Source: Octopus sinensis (Eukaryota). From it: 64,000 nucleotides of DNA. The DNA lies in NCBI RefSeq assembly GCF_006345805.1, contig NC_043015.1:31310001-31374000 (forward strand), in the 5' to 3' direction. Position numbers and translations under genes: made by a program. The notes under the pieces were generated by a model. The model saw nothing but the letters and a program-made list of their open reading frames with translations, ran no database searches and was not told the DNA's origin. Positions 25,623 to 38,010 of the stretch are shown here, piece by piece (position 1 is the stretch's first letter; each line of letters opens with the position of its first letter).

Positions 25623-27295
25623 AAGTCAAATCAAACATAAAACTTCAAAAGGACATATACATGAAATGTATTTGCGTGACGTTCAGTAAAGGTGGAAAAA
25701 AGTGTGACGTGTAAAAGCGCCCATTACACTCTTGGAGTAGTTGGCATTAGGAAGGGCATCCCAATTCAGACTGGAGTCAGATGCAGCCTTCCAGTGTGCC
25801 AGCCCAGTCAAACTGTCCAACCCATGCCAGCATGGACAAGAGACGTTAAATAAAAAATGTTGTGGTCGAGGGTCACCAATTGTAATGGTTGTTGTTAAGG
25901 TGTTGGTTGCCAGTATGTCAAGATGGAAGTAGAGCAGTGATCAAAGTTGTATAGAAATATTTATTTACTGTTACTTTGTATATATCCAAAACCACAATGG
26001 GTTGGTATGTATAATTAGTAAATGGAAAAGCATGCAAAGTAAAAAGAGTTAATTTCGGCTGCTATGTGTGTATACGGTCTCATAGTAATATATATAGAGA
26101 GATATGGTAAAGTTACAGAGAAAAGAAAGTGAGAATGGTGGGATGAAACAACTGCTTCGCTAGTGAGTTACCATAGTTGTCCCTTTGTGCTTTTTCCTTT
26201 AGAGACGGTGTCTTGTTCAGCTGGTTCTCACTAACTGACTTAGGCTTACTGAGTTCTTCCTTTTATAACTATCCAAAACCAGCCAGAAGGATAGACATAT
26301 TGTTGAGAACGACAGATTTCATTGGAGGTCTGTTGTCTCTATTCTAGCTTTTGGTGGCCTGGAAGAGGTTAAAAGGGTCAAGTGGCAAAAACATTATTCT
26401 ACTTAGCGAAAGCATCTGGCTAATGTAATTGCTGTCACTCTCAGAAAAACTATTGTTTTACCATGAGAAAAGTGCTGTTGAAGTGTTAAGTGAAATTTGG
26501 CTTTCAAGGATTGAATCCACACAATGCCTGCATGAAGCCACTACAAAACCGCCAAAAGCTTGTTTATTTTTATTTATTATTAGTGTTGCTTAATATGTTT
26601 TGCTAAAATTGCTATTTCTTTTCAGCTATCAACAGAAATAATGCATGCATTATAGTGAAACAGTAAAAGGATCACGGCAGTGCCCAGTCACTAAAACTGA
26701 AAAATTTTTTTAAACCATCTAATAGGTTCATTACGTTATCGCCGTTTTGCGAGATTTGGCTGTTATTTCTAGTATGTGGATAGCCTGCTTGAAGGACAAG
26801 GCCGTAGGATGAGTAGGGGGGGGGTATGTGTGTGTGTGTGTATTTTGTTTTTGAAAAATTGAAATTTTACAAACGAACTTTTTCAGAATCCTAATCTACG
26901 TATTTCGCAAAAAAAGAATTTCCGGAAAAAGTGGAAAATGAGGAGGGGGTGGGGAAATTGAAGTTTCGAAAATGCGATTTTTGAAAAAATTTTTCAGAAT
27001 TGGAATCTCTCTAACCAAAAAAACGTGGGATTCCATAAAAAAAAAATGAATATATATCCATTTTCCCGAAAATTATGACGGAAAAATCGGATCTTGTGAA
27101 TTTTCCGAAAGTCCTCTCCCCACCTCCCAGGTTGGGTTTTTTTTTTTTGTTTTAGTTAATGGACGAAGACCTTTATATTAACCAATTATTGCTTTACCGC
27201 GAGAAAAGTGCTGTTGAACTGTTGAGCGAAATTTGGCGATCGAGGATCGAATCCACGCTATGACTGCATGAACCAACTACTACTACTACTACACA

Positions 27296-27556
27296 GGCAT
27301 GGTAAAAAGCTTGCTTACCAACCACATGATTCCGAGTATAGTCCCACTGCCTTTGTCCCCACCCCCCACTATCGCTTGGCAACCGATGTTGGTGTGTTTA
27401 TGTCCCCGTTAATAGCGGTTCGGCAAAAAGAGACCGATAGAATAAGTACTGGGCTTACAAAAACTAAGTCCTGGGGGGTCGATTTTTGTTCGACTGAAAG
27501 CGATGCTCCAGCATGGCCGCAGTCAACTGACTGAAACAAGTAAAAGAATAAAAGAA
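27296..27556 (+). mobile_element. SINE family S1, internally deleted (other diverged copies: 11030-11350 -, 28283-28657 -, 32820-33145 +)
   Basis: Head and tail similarity to S1. Confidence 0.7.
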
Positions 27557-29675
27557 TGTGTGTGTGTGAACGTGACAAAAAAAATTTGCACAAACGAACC
27601 TGGGAGGTGGGAAGAAGACTTTTGGAAAATTCACAAGATCCACATTTGCACACACACACACACATACACTTGATAGGGTTTTGTTGGGATGGAGAAAAAA
27701 AACGGAAACTAACGGTCATTGCCCCCAATTTCTCATCAGTTTTAAACTTCTGGCATCATTCTGCCATGAATGAAATTTGCTGCGCGTCTATCATATTTCA
27801 ATGCTTTTTTTTTTCACTTCATAGACAGACTTTCCTCGTAGTTCTTCAGTTCGTTTTAACCATCATAGCATAAGGATAATCGTTTTATTACACATACACG
27901 CACACACATTGAACTATAGCTGTCTTTTTTCTCTTTTACTATTATAAAATATTACCAAAGTACAGTGAAAAAATTCAGTTCTGAATCAGCTTTTATTTTT
28001 CTTTCTCCTAAAACCATTATCTCTCAATACATCGTTTGCTTAAGCGTTTATCACTCACTCACATCTTACAAATATCGAAACAACAAACGAATCTAGAAAT
28101 AGCAGCCAATTCCCCAGCAAACCATAGCTTACTGTTTAAAAGAACCCCCCCCCCCACATTAGACAATTGTTGTCCGACTTCCTCTGAAACAAAAATGATA
28201 ATAAAAAGACGGTATAGTCATGGCGAGAATATATTAGGATTGACTTAGGGTTAAATATCATCTATATTATCGACGAATCTCAGGTGACTTGAACGTTATA
28301 TCTTTTACTTGTTTCAGCTATTAGATTGCGGCCATGCTGGGATACCGCCCTGTGAAATTTTAGTCGAATTATTTAAAGGCTGGTACTTAGTCTATTTGTC
28401 TTTTTTGCTGAGCCGTTAAGTTACGAGGACGCAAACACACCAACACCGGTTGTCAAGTGGTGGTAGGGAACAAACACGCTGATATATACATACATAACAG
28501 GCTTGTTTCAATTTCTGTCTACTAAATCCACTCACGAGGTTTTGGTCGGCCCAAGGCTATTGTAGAAAGCAATTATCCAATATACCATATAGTGGGATTG
28601 AACCCAAAACTATGTGGCTGCAAAACTAACTTCTTACCACACAGCCACCCCTACACCTAGTTTAGGCGCAGTGGAATTTTACTAAGTAGGTCCCTGTTGC
28701 TTTCTTGACAAGTTTTATAAGGTTGTCATGGAGTTTTCGTGGGAGAATATAAAGGCAATTTTCCATTATTCTCATTCAACTATATACATATGGTCGCAGC
28801 AACTGCCTACGTATTCAGAATCTAATACAAATACAGCGAAGCATTTCCCCCCTAATCTATCGCACCTACACGGTACTTTATTTTGTCGACTCTGGAAAGA
28901 TTAAAAGCTAAGTTAATACTGGAGTCCAACTCAGAAATGCCGCGAAGTATTTTGTCCGGCACTCTGACAATTCCACTACTTCGTAGCCCGAGTCAAATTT
29001 ATGAATGCCACTATTTTTGTTTAGTTCTCGATTATTTTCAGCGTAAGCGACAATTATTAAAGAATACATAATTACGATTACTATGTACATTATACATTCC
29101 ACACTGCTAATATTCTGATCACCGACAGATCTAGAAAAGGCGAAAAGACTTCTGTATTAATTAACCATATTTAAATATATATTTCTTTCCTTTCTAGAAG
29201 AGCGTTAATCGTAGTAATTAGGAAGAAAAAAAAATCATTAACAGCGATTGCTCAACACTAGTTATGTAACAGAAATTTTACATAACCAATGTCGGCTATT
29301 AAAAGCAAAAAAAAAAATGTGGTGAAGATTCTCTTATTTCTAAACGTTGTACAATGTTACGCAGATGAGTTCGCTAAGATCGAATTAGACATGACGGCGA
29401 GTGATACGTGACCCGGCTTCTTAGTTTTTAGTAATTTTAATTCGTTGCTAAGTCGCGTAGGAAAAGTACAAACAGATTCTTTCCGCCTTATAAAATTTCA
29501 AGGGCGAAACCAAACGTGTAAAAGCATGAGAACAATTACGATGTAAAAAGCCATGACTTGATAAAAATCAAAAAAGAAAAAGCGGGGCGGTTACATTTAA
29601 CGAGAAAGACTCGACTAAAAGCGATTGTGAATGCATTTGGAACAGTTGCAGGTACCAGTATTTATACTCTTTATC

Positions 29676-29746
29676 CACGTGACTGCCCCCCTTGAGGCCG
29701 CCTCAACCAATGAAACGTCGCCGTTCGCCCCAACCGGAAGTCAGTT
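29676..29746 (+). promoter_or_regulatory. Putative eIF4A core promoter
   Basis: Clustered motifs: E-box CACGTG(AC) 29676-29681, CCAAT 29707-29711, ETS-type CCGGAAGT 29734-29741 overlapping initiator-like TCAGTT 29741-29746. Lies in a CpG-rich region about 70 nt before a GTGAGT donor. Confidence 0.7.
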
Positions 29747-29814
29747 ATTGTTCCACTCGGACATAACAGAAATTCTGTAATTGAGAAAAAAACAACTGAC
29801 GAAGTGTGAACAAT
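29743..29814 (+). other. EIF4A: eIF4A exon 1: 5'UTR plus the first two bases (AT, 29813-29814) of the start codon
   Basis: ATG-free leader ending ...gaacaAT|gtgagt. Splicing to tttcag|G at 43057 rebuilds ATG in frame with the helicase, with A at -3. Confidence 0.7.
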
Positions 29815-32204
29815 GTGAGTATCATTATCGATATTATTTGTCATTAGCGCCATCAATTGCCGACCAGTTTTTGTTTTTTTTGCTACGAGGATCTTCATTA
29901 CTCTAATGAGTTGAGTTTGATTTAATTAGTCGCTAATTTATCGCAGGTATTCCGTTGTTATTGTCTGGAAAAGAAGCACTTGTTTCACACACGCACACCC
30001 CACCTTCTGTTGCTCCTCATGTCGACATATTTCTCTCATTGATCAACGACTGACAGATTAACTCTATATAAAAGCTTAGCATTTACGAAATAATACAGAC
30101 ATCTATGTGTGTTTGTGTGTTCGGCAGCATTCAATTTTTTAATATTCTTTATGTCTCGTCTCAAATTATTTATTTTCTAATGTTTTTATTACCACAAGAA
30201 GTGTACTCTGAGGTCGACTTCGCCTTTTATCATCCATGCGAGGCGGGGTGGGCATCGTTAACATTAATTACTGGGGTCGATTTATATCAGCCATGTCCCT
30301 CCCCACATGTTCGTTTCGGTCTTACAAATCATTATACGTATCAATCGTGTACTGATGACTCATCCATGGTAAATTATCCCGAGTAATATTCTTTATACTC
30401 TGTCGGCATATACTAACCATAGACACACACTCTTTATATATATATTGCCGGAACGAACGCAGAAAAATCGAGAAACTCGGAGTGAACGAGCAATTAAATA
30501 CACGAAAAAAGATGTATATTTAAAAGAGTAGATTATACTCGATTGAACGGAATTGCCACCCCAGTATTTTACTACTAACTTCTACTATCGATCCTTTTTG
30601 AAAGAAATGAGCCAAGTCGTTTCCCGGTTTGTTGGAATACCGGTCCAGTTAGTCGAATAGAAACATCTGGTTCGACACTCCTCTCTGATACGACTCTGAG
30701 TTTTTTTCCCCCCTTCAAAACGTGATATTAGGTCCAAACTTCCGACCGAATAATAACTTGTGTACAAATTGTTTGTATTTAATATTTTTTTTAGACTCTG
30801 ATCTACTACATATGATCAAAAGTGTACATTTCATCCTTCTTCTCACTCCCTCAAACCTCTGAGAAGCATAATGTATCTAGGGCTACATTATCTAATAAGT
30901 CCTTATTAACGACAGTAAAGTGTTATTTAAAGGAAATTTAGCTGATACTTTTTTTTTAAAATAGTGATCGACCACTTAAGTCTCTTTCGTTGGGTATTAA
31001 TTAAGTCGATTGGTGGAGGATATAAAGAAATCATGACGATTGTGGCTATGAATTGCTGTGGGTGATTTGCAAATAACTGGCAATCATGTGTTTCCCAAAT
31101 GCAATGACATTTTACCAAGTCTTTATTAGTTATTACGATTCTGTTGGTTATTTTTAACTAGTAAGTCTGATTCTAAAAGCTGTTCTGTGTCAACAACCAG
31201 CTTGCCTTTATCCCCAAGATGGCTAATCATTCGATCATGAGATACGATTGTGCAAACCTTGTCCCGTGAATACTTACTTATTTAGCCCCAGTTACTCATT
31301 ATTTGTAATTTATTAATTTGTCATTTACGTTTTTTTTTTTTTTGTGCTAATTGAAGCTGTTAAATTGTTACTAGAGCTTAATTTCGAGAAAAGCATGAAT
31401 GCCACATATCGTTTTACATCGTCTCCCTCATATCACTCTGAAAAGCTTTCTGTGCTTTTTAATAAGGAAAGCATTTATGTAATATTGTTAGTAAAACGTA
31501 GCATTTTTATGGTATTGTCAGCCTGAGTGTCAAAGATAATTAAGTATGGAAGCAAGCCGCAAACCTACTTCGATTCTCTTCTGAAATTAATTCATTTACA
31601 CCGCTAATAGCCATATAATCACCTTTTTACGTCCGCTTTTCATGGGTGTATATAATATGTTTAATGTATATACATTTAAAAATAAAATAAACTCGAATGA
31701 TCTTGCGTGTACGAGTCGAACATTTGTAGTATATCTAATGCACTGCACTACAAACACATCGATACTTTTACCTACGCAATATACCCATTGAAACAGACAT
31801 TGATATTTTACATTTTCGTCAAGTTAATAATAACATATTGTAATTATTCGTTCTTATTCTCGGCCAAACCGGCAACATAACCCACACCCAAAGTGTATTA
31901 AGAGATAAAAGCGGGAGAGAGTCGGGCATGGCATGTACATATCGAGATTCATCAAGTTAATGGCATATTGCAATATTCGTTCTTATTCTGTGAGATATTG
32001 TCAACGTGGGGGCATGAACCGGGTAGCCAAACCGGTAACATAACCCGCCCAAGTATGTCTATTAAAACGCGGGAGAGAGGCGGGGAAGGCAAGGCAAATG
32101 TAATATTGAGAGTAAACCGCGGGAAATATCCTTTTATTGGATATGATCGTTGTATTTGTGGCCATGCTAGAACACCGCCTTCTTCGGACGTAGTTGGTAA
32201 TATC

Positions 32205-32422
32205 CACCCTGAGCTAGCAGAAACGTTAGCACGCCGGGTGAAATGCTTAGCAAGTAGTATTTCGTCTGTCTTTACGTTCTGAGTTCAAATTCTGCCGAGG
32301 TCGACTTTGCCTTTCATCCTTTCGGGGTTCGATAAATTAAGTACCAGTTGCGTACTGGGGTCGATCTAATCGACTGGCTCCCTCCCCTGAAATTTCGGGC
32401 CTTGTGCCTAAAATAGAAAAGA
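32205..32422 (+). mobile_element. SINE-like family S2 (other copies about 3930-4145 +, 8550-8905 + dimer, 13985-14200 -, 14640-14855 -, 50290-50490 +, 56570-56770 -)
   Basis: Shared gcagaaacgttagcacgccggg...gagttcaaattc...ggtcgactttgcctttcatcc body. Confidence 0.8.
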
Positions 32423-34968
32423 ATATATACATATATATTATATATATATAGTGACCGCGTAGTTAAGAAGTTCGCTTCTCGACCACGTGGTTTTCGACTT
32501 CATCCAAATGCACAGTACTGTTTGACCAATCACTTGTAGTTGGAATATCGTTGATGGAAACACTATACGGTCATTTGTACTTATGTACGTTCGGCTGTCC
32601 CTAAGCTTCAAAAGGTAGTTTTAGTCATTCGATGAACTAACTCCTAGTGTTACATATGGTGGACTAATGAAAGCTTTTAAACACGATATCCCAGTATTGG
32701 CCGCAACCCTAAGACCGAATCGGTAGAGAGAGAGAGAGAGGCTAAAGTGTATGAACAGAACTTTTGGCCCTTGGGCCACTTGGAACTTTCTGCCGATTAA
32801 AAATAAGAAAAAAAAAAAGGTGTGTTAAGACATTTACTTCCCAACCACATGGTTCCGAATTCAGTCCCGCTGCGTGACAACTAGGGCAAGTGTCTGCTTC
32901 TGTAGCTTTCGGGCCGAATAAAAAATCTAAGAGTAGATTTGGTCAGCGGAAAGAAGTCCGTCATGTGTCTGTGTGTGTCTTTATATCTGTTTAACCTACC
33001 ACCACTTGACAACCGGTGTTTGTGCGTTTACGTCGTCGTGACTTAGCGGGTCGGCACGAGAGCAATAGAATAAGTAGCAGGGGTTTTTTTACAAAATACT
33101 GGAGTCAGTTCTTCGTCTCGACTAAAATTCCTCAAGACAGTGTTCCAACGTGATGACACTTGTTTCGGCTGTCCAAGCGCGGCTCCTAGTTATAAAACAA
33201 AGACGATTCAACACTCGATCCTAACATATTTATATATGTGCGTGTAGTTATTTGTATAAAGTCCTCCCCGTTCTATTAACAAGCTAGAACGAAAAGTCTA
33301 GATGTTTCTCTGACTTACCAGGCGTAGAGAAGCAACTACACCAGTTATAATTTGCTCCAAATACAACAAAATCTTTACTTTTTCCACAAAGGAGTTAACA
33401 AAATAATTAAAATTTATGTTTTCTTTTCGGTTCCTAGTACTTTGCTTCGCTTGAAATTTTTATTTTTTTACATATTTATTCTGGGAAGTAGTTTAGTTTG
33501 TTTTTATTTTAACCCCTTGGTAAGGGCCCTGATCGAGCAGACCTTATTATCCCATGCGTTCCAGTCAATCCTTTTATTTTTATTTTCTTGGAGGATATAG
33601 GGAAAATTCGCTGCTATTTTGTATCGGGTCGTGCGACCCCACTGGCTTGGTATGGAGAGAAAGAGTTTAAGTATTTGGACGGGGTGTTTGGCTATGTCTA
33701 TTTCACCTACTCATATTTGGGGTTGGGGGTCAGTGTCTCAAGTTTCCTCTCCCTTATAATTATGAGAGAAAGTCATTAATGCTTTTTTTAATAATCTCTC
33801 AATGAGTTAAATTAACCTGTGCTAACAGAATATTTAATCATTAAGTACAAAATAAAGAAGGTGGATACGTTGACTTATTCTCTAATGGCTTTTGTCTGAT
33901 CAGTTTTGGTGGTTGTGTAGTGGTAAATTGGCTGATTCAATGGTGGGGGAAGGGATAAACTAGATTCTTAATGACTTGTCGTGTGGAACGCCTAAAATTC
34001 TGACCGACATTGTTGACCTTTCAGTGGGAAGTAATATATTTTCTTGATTAAACAGTTATAACAGAACGACTAACGTCTCTGTGAACTAATTCCATTTCGG
34101 AAAGGCATCAATGTCAAACTCCTGTATACCTCGACCCTAAATTCTCCTCGAATTGTTCTTCGCCTTTGCTAGAGAAACAGTGTAAACTAGACTGCATCTT
34201 CAACATACATGTTCCTTTGCATTCATGTATAATCGTTCGTGTAAAGAATTTACATAAATTTTTAGGCTGACAGACGAAGCTAAATGCTATTTTGTGTTAA
34301 TTAAAATTAGATTTAGGACCATTTTGCATAATATCTGAGTTTATTATTGAGTGTAAATCCTAAATTGATCCTATTTTTTTCCCCCATATATTAGTAATAT
34401 ATCGACTATGTAAGTTTTATTGGGTTTTTTTAAAACATATTAACGATTTCATAATATTTCTGAAATATTCAGGCAACTTTTTTAATATATATTCCTTCTG
34501 CCGTTTCACTCCTCGGTCTACATGTGCGACCCTTACGCGAGCGCTTGGTCTGTTAGAAAGAGCAGCTAAACATTCCACAAATTATACCCCCTCCCCCCAT
34601 CATTCGTCTTCAAAACTTTTTTTAAAAGTACACATCGGATATTGTCTTAGATACTCAGTACTTGGGGGGGGGGAAAAGGACGAGATGGCGAGGTCTGACA
34701 CGGGGGTTTAGCAGCAAACAAACCATTTATTACATATCACCCAGTTTTCACACACGTACACCAAGCTCATGATGAGAAATTAACATTTTTTTTTATCGCG
34801 TATGTGGCAGGAAATTAATGCTTACATCATGAATGTCATCTTTTCTTTCTCTCTCTCTTGACATATATATATATATTTATATATTTATATATATATACCG
34901 GAGTAAGCACATAAATGTGGAACAAGGTGGAAAAAAGAGTACTCAAATACCAGTGGTAGAGTAATATG

Positions 34969-35128
34969 CTTTATTTAAAGCAGCAGAAAATTCAACAAAA
35001 TCTGTTACTCTGAGTTTCACGTTCCCGTTCGTCGGACGGTTCTATTCTAGCAAAAACTGTCCGACGAACGGCAACGTGAAACTCAGAGTAACAGGTTTTG
35101 TTGAATTTTCTGCAGCTTTTAAATAAAG
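34969..35128. ncRNA. Palindromic element encoding minimal type-I hammerhead-like folds on both strands (+ 35051-35100; - about 35002-35041), probably Penelope-related
   Basis: + strand reads CAAAAACTGT CCGACGA ACG-GCAA-CGT GAA ACTC-A-GAGT A^ ACAGGTTTTG, with stems I, II and III all pairing. The arms (73 and 74 nt) surround a 13-nt spacer. Confidence 0.7.
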
Positions 35129-36054
35129 TATATATATATATATATATATATTATATAATATATATATATATATACATACATACACACACACACACACCAT
35201 ACATTCGTTTCTCACCCTACCAACATTATATCGATAGAATCATTAGAGTGTCGGACAAAAGTGCCTTTTGATATTTGTTCCAGCTCTTTACGATCTAAAT
35301 TCAAATTTTCCGAGGTTTGTTAGGTAATAAGTGGTCAATTTAATCGATTGCTTCTCATCTGTCAATAGGCAGTCGTCCAAATTCCTATCCAACTGTGGGT
35401 CTTTAGTGACTTGTGGAGCACACCAGTTCGTGTAAAACTGCTGTCACATTGATGATAGTTATTTGCAATACACACGATATGACTTCTAACAAAATTCATA
35501 CACACGCCGCGCATTCACCTCATCGTACCCATTCTCTCTTCTCAAAGCGGACCCCATTGAAGCAATAATGCAAAAATAGTTTTGCATCTTGATTATAAAC
35601 TATTGCTGGTGAATGTCTTCATCGTCATCATCATCATCATTTAACATCCGCTTTCCATGCTAGCATGGGTTGCACGATTTGACTGAGGACTGGCGAACCA
35701 GATGGCTGCACCAGGCTCCAATCTTGATCTGGCAGAGTTTCTACAGCTGGATGCCCTTCCTAACGCCAACCACTCCAAGAGTGTAGTGGGTGCTTTTTAC
35801 ATGCCACCGGCACGAGGGCCAGTTAGGCGGTACTGGCAATGGTCACGCTCAAATATCTTTTTATTTTTTCACTTATGTCCAAGTTTGGAATATTGCCCTT
35901 AACTCTTCATGCTCAATTCACATTCAGCACTAAGGATAAAAGAGAGCTAATAGAGTTAAGGTTTATTAGAATACAAGAAGTTGGTACATTAATGAATCAA
36001 TATATAATGCCTGACTATTAGTACTTTCTGGTGATAGTGTGGATTAGTCTAGTC

Positions 36055-36273
36055 CAGTGGTTTTCAACCAGGGTTCCGCGGAACCTTAGTGTTCTGCCAG
36101 TACAGTGCAGGGGTTCCGCAAGAAGTTACAAAACTGCTAAAATCGGCAGTAATTTTTAATTCTCCTGTGCAGATATGTGTGCATAAGACTATTAAATTAT
36201 TGCACAGAGGTTTCCCGAGCCAGTGGAATGTTTCCTTGGGGTTCCGCTCCAGCAAAAAGTTTGAAAAGCACTG
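36055..36273. mobile_element. hAT (Charlie-like) MITE, same family as 936-1154, opposite orientation
   Basis: CAGTGGTTTTCAA...TTGAAAAGCACTG with a perfect 8-bp TSD GTCTAGTC. Confidence 0.9.
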
Positions 36274-36323
36274 GTCTAGTCATTGACACTAAGTTTGTGG
36301 GATGTGGAATGGGGTATCTTTAA

Positions 36324-36543
36324 CCCTTTAGTGTTTAAACCGGCCATATCAGGCCAAAGTTGTCTTCCTGTTTTATGCTCAAACCAGCCAGCTCTGACCT
36401 CTCACACCTACCCTACAATATCATTCTAAAAATAAACAGGGACATCATCAAAATCTCAGAATTACAAGATGCTGTACAATTAATTTAAAACAATGTGATT
36501 AAACAGGCTTTACATTTGACAGATTGATCTGAATGTTAAAGGG
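36324..36543. mobile_element. TTAA-flanked MITE, family A
   Basis: TTAA flanks, same body. Another copy lies at 36740-36949. Confidence 0.8.
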
Positions 36544-37647
36544 TTAATAAAAAGAACAAGAGAATTGGCCATAATTTAGGAGGTATTTACTAATGAAAGC
36601 GCAAAGGGAAGGAAGGAAATGTCACTCACTTGACAAGATTAATTCTACCATTTTAAGATTATTATCCATTTGATGATATAGTTGACTGGTGGAACCTGAT
36701 ACCACTAACTGCCCCTGTGAAAAGTTATGGGATGTTTAACCCTTTTTAGCATTCACACCGACCAGATCCGATGGCCAAAATATTTGCCTCTCTTATGTTC
36801 AAACTGGCCAGATCCAACATTTCATACCTACCTTACAATGTTATTCTAAAGATAAACAATCACATTGGTATGAGATAATATGGGATTAATTCAAGTCAAT
36901 GGGAGTAAATAAGCTTTAGATTTGACCAAATAATCTGTATACTAAAGGGTTAAAGCAATCAGTATCATATTAAGTGATAAGAGGAATTTATAGCAGAGCT
37001 GTAAAGGAACAAAATCTGACGCCTACCAGTTACCTCAAACCATTCTTTCTCTTACCTGTTCTGGGATTAAAGCTGAGTTGTAGATTGAACCACTAAAATG
37101 CATCAAAAGCTGTTGGGAAAGTGGTGTGAATTGGTTGTACAGGTTGCTTGTACCACATAAAGAACACCCAGTGCATTCTGTGGAATGGTTGGCTTTAGGA
37201 AGAGCATTTAGCCATAGAAACCGTGCCAGAACACAGTGGGGCCTGGTGCAGTCCCTGGCCTTACCAGCTCCAGTCAAACTGCCCAACCTATGCAAGCATG
37301 GGAAACTGATGTTCAATTATGATGTAACTGTTGGTGGAGCCAGAAGACTTGGATGGTTTTTGTATATCTGTTGGCTATTTTATACACCAGTTTCTAAAGT
37401 AACCAGAAGAACAGTGCTGTAGGGATGATTGGATTATTAAAAATTGATATAATCATTTTATTCATTTATTTATTTTTTGTCTAACCTTTGTCATCATAGA
37501 GAACAAATGTCAAACTGAGGAACAAAACTGAACTATTCTCTTGTGTATTCAATTTCATTATATCTGTCACACTGATCATCCACTTCCATTATGTACATCA
37601 TTCAGATCTCTACATAGGACTGCAAATGTACTTCAGATTTTCAAACT

Positions 37648-38010
37648 TGGCACGTAAAAAGCACCATCCGATTGTGGCCGTTGCCAGCCTCGTCTGGCCC
37701 CCGTGCCAGTGGCACGTAAAGAGCACCATCCGATTGTGGCCGTTGCCAGCCTCGTCTGGCCCCCGTGCCAGTGGCACGTAAAGAGCACCATCCGATCGTG
37801 GCCGTTTGCCAGCCTCGTCTGGCACCTGTGCAGGTGGCACATAAAAAGCACCCACTACACTCTCAGAGTGGTTGGCGTTAGGAAGAGCATCCAGCTGCAG
37901 AAACACTGCCAGATCAGACTGGGCCTGGCACAGCCTTCTGGCTTCCCACACCCCAGTTGAACCGTCCAACCCATGCTAGCATGGAAAACGGACGTTAAAC
38001 GATGATGATG
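37648..38010 (+). mobile_element. Retroposon family S3 with a (GAT)n tail and internal tandem units (other copies about 300-612 +, 2899-3200 -, 11952-12220 -, 12790-13035 +, 16803-17115 -, 24722-24948 +, 35622-35845 -, 46630-46923 +, 49900-50288 +, 54534-54882 -, 61458-61600 -)
   Basis: Shared ...ggaagggcatccagctgtagaaa...CCATGCTAGCATGGaaa..cgttaaacGATGATGAT 3' end. Variable number of about 58-bp units upstream. Confidence 0.85.
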
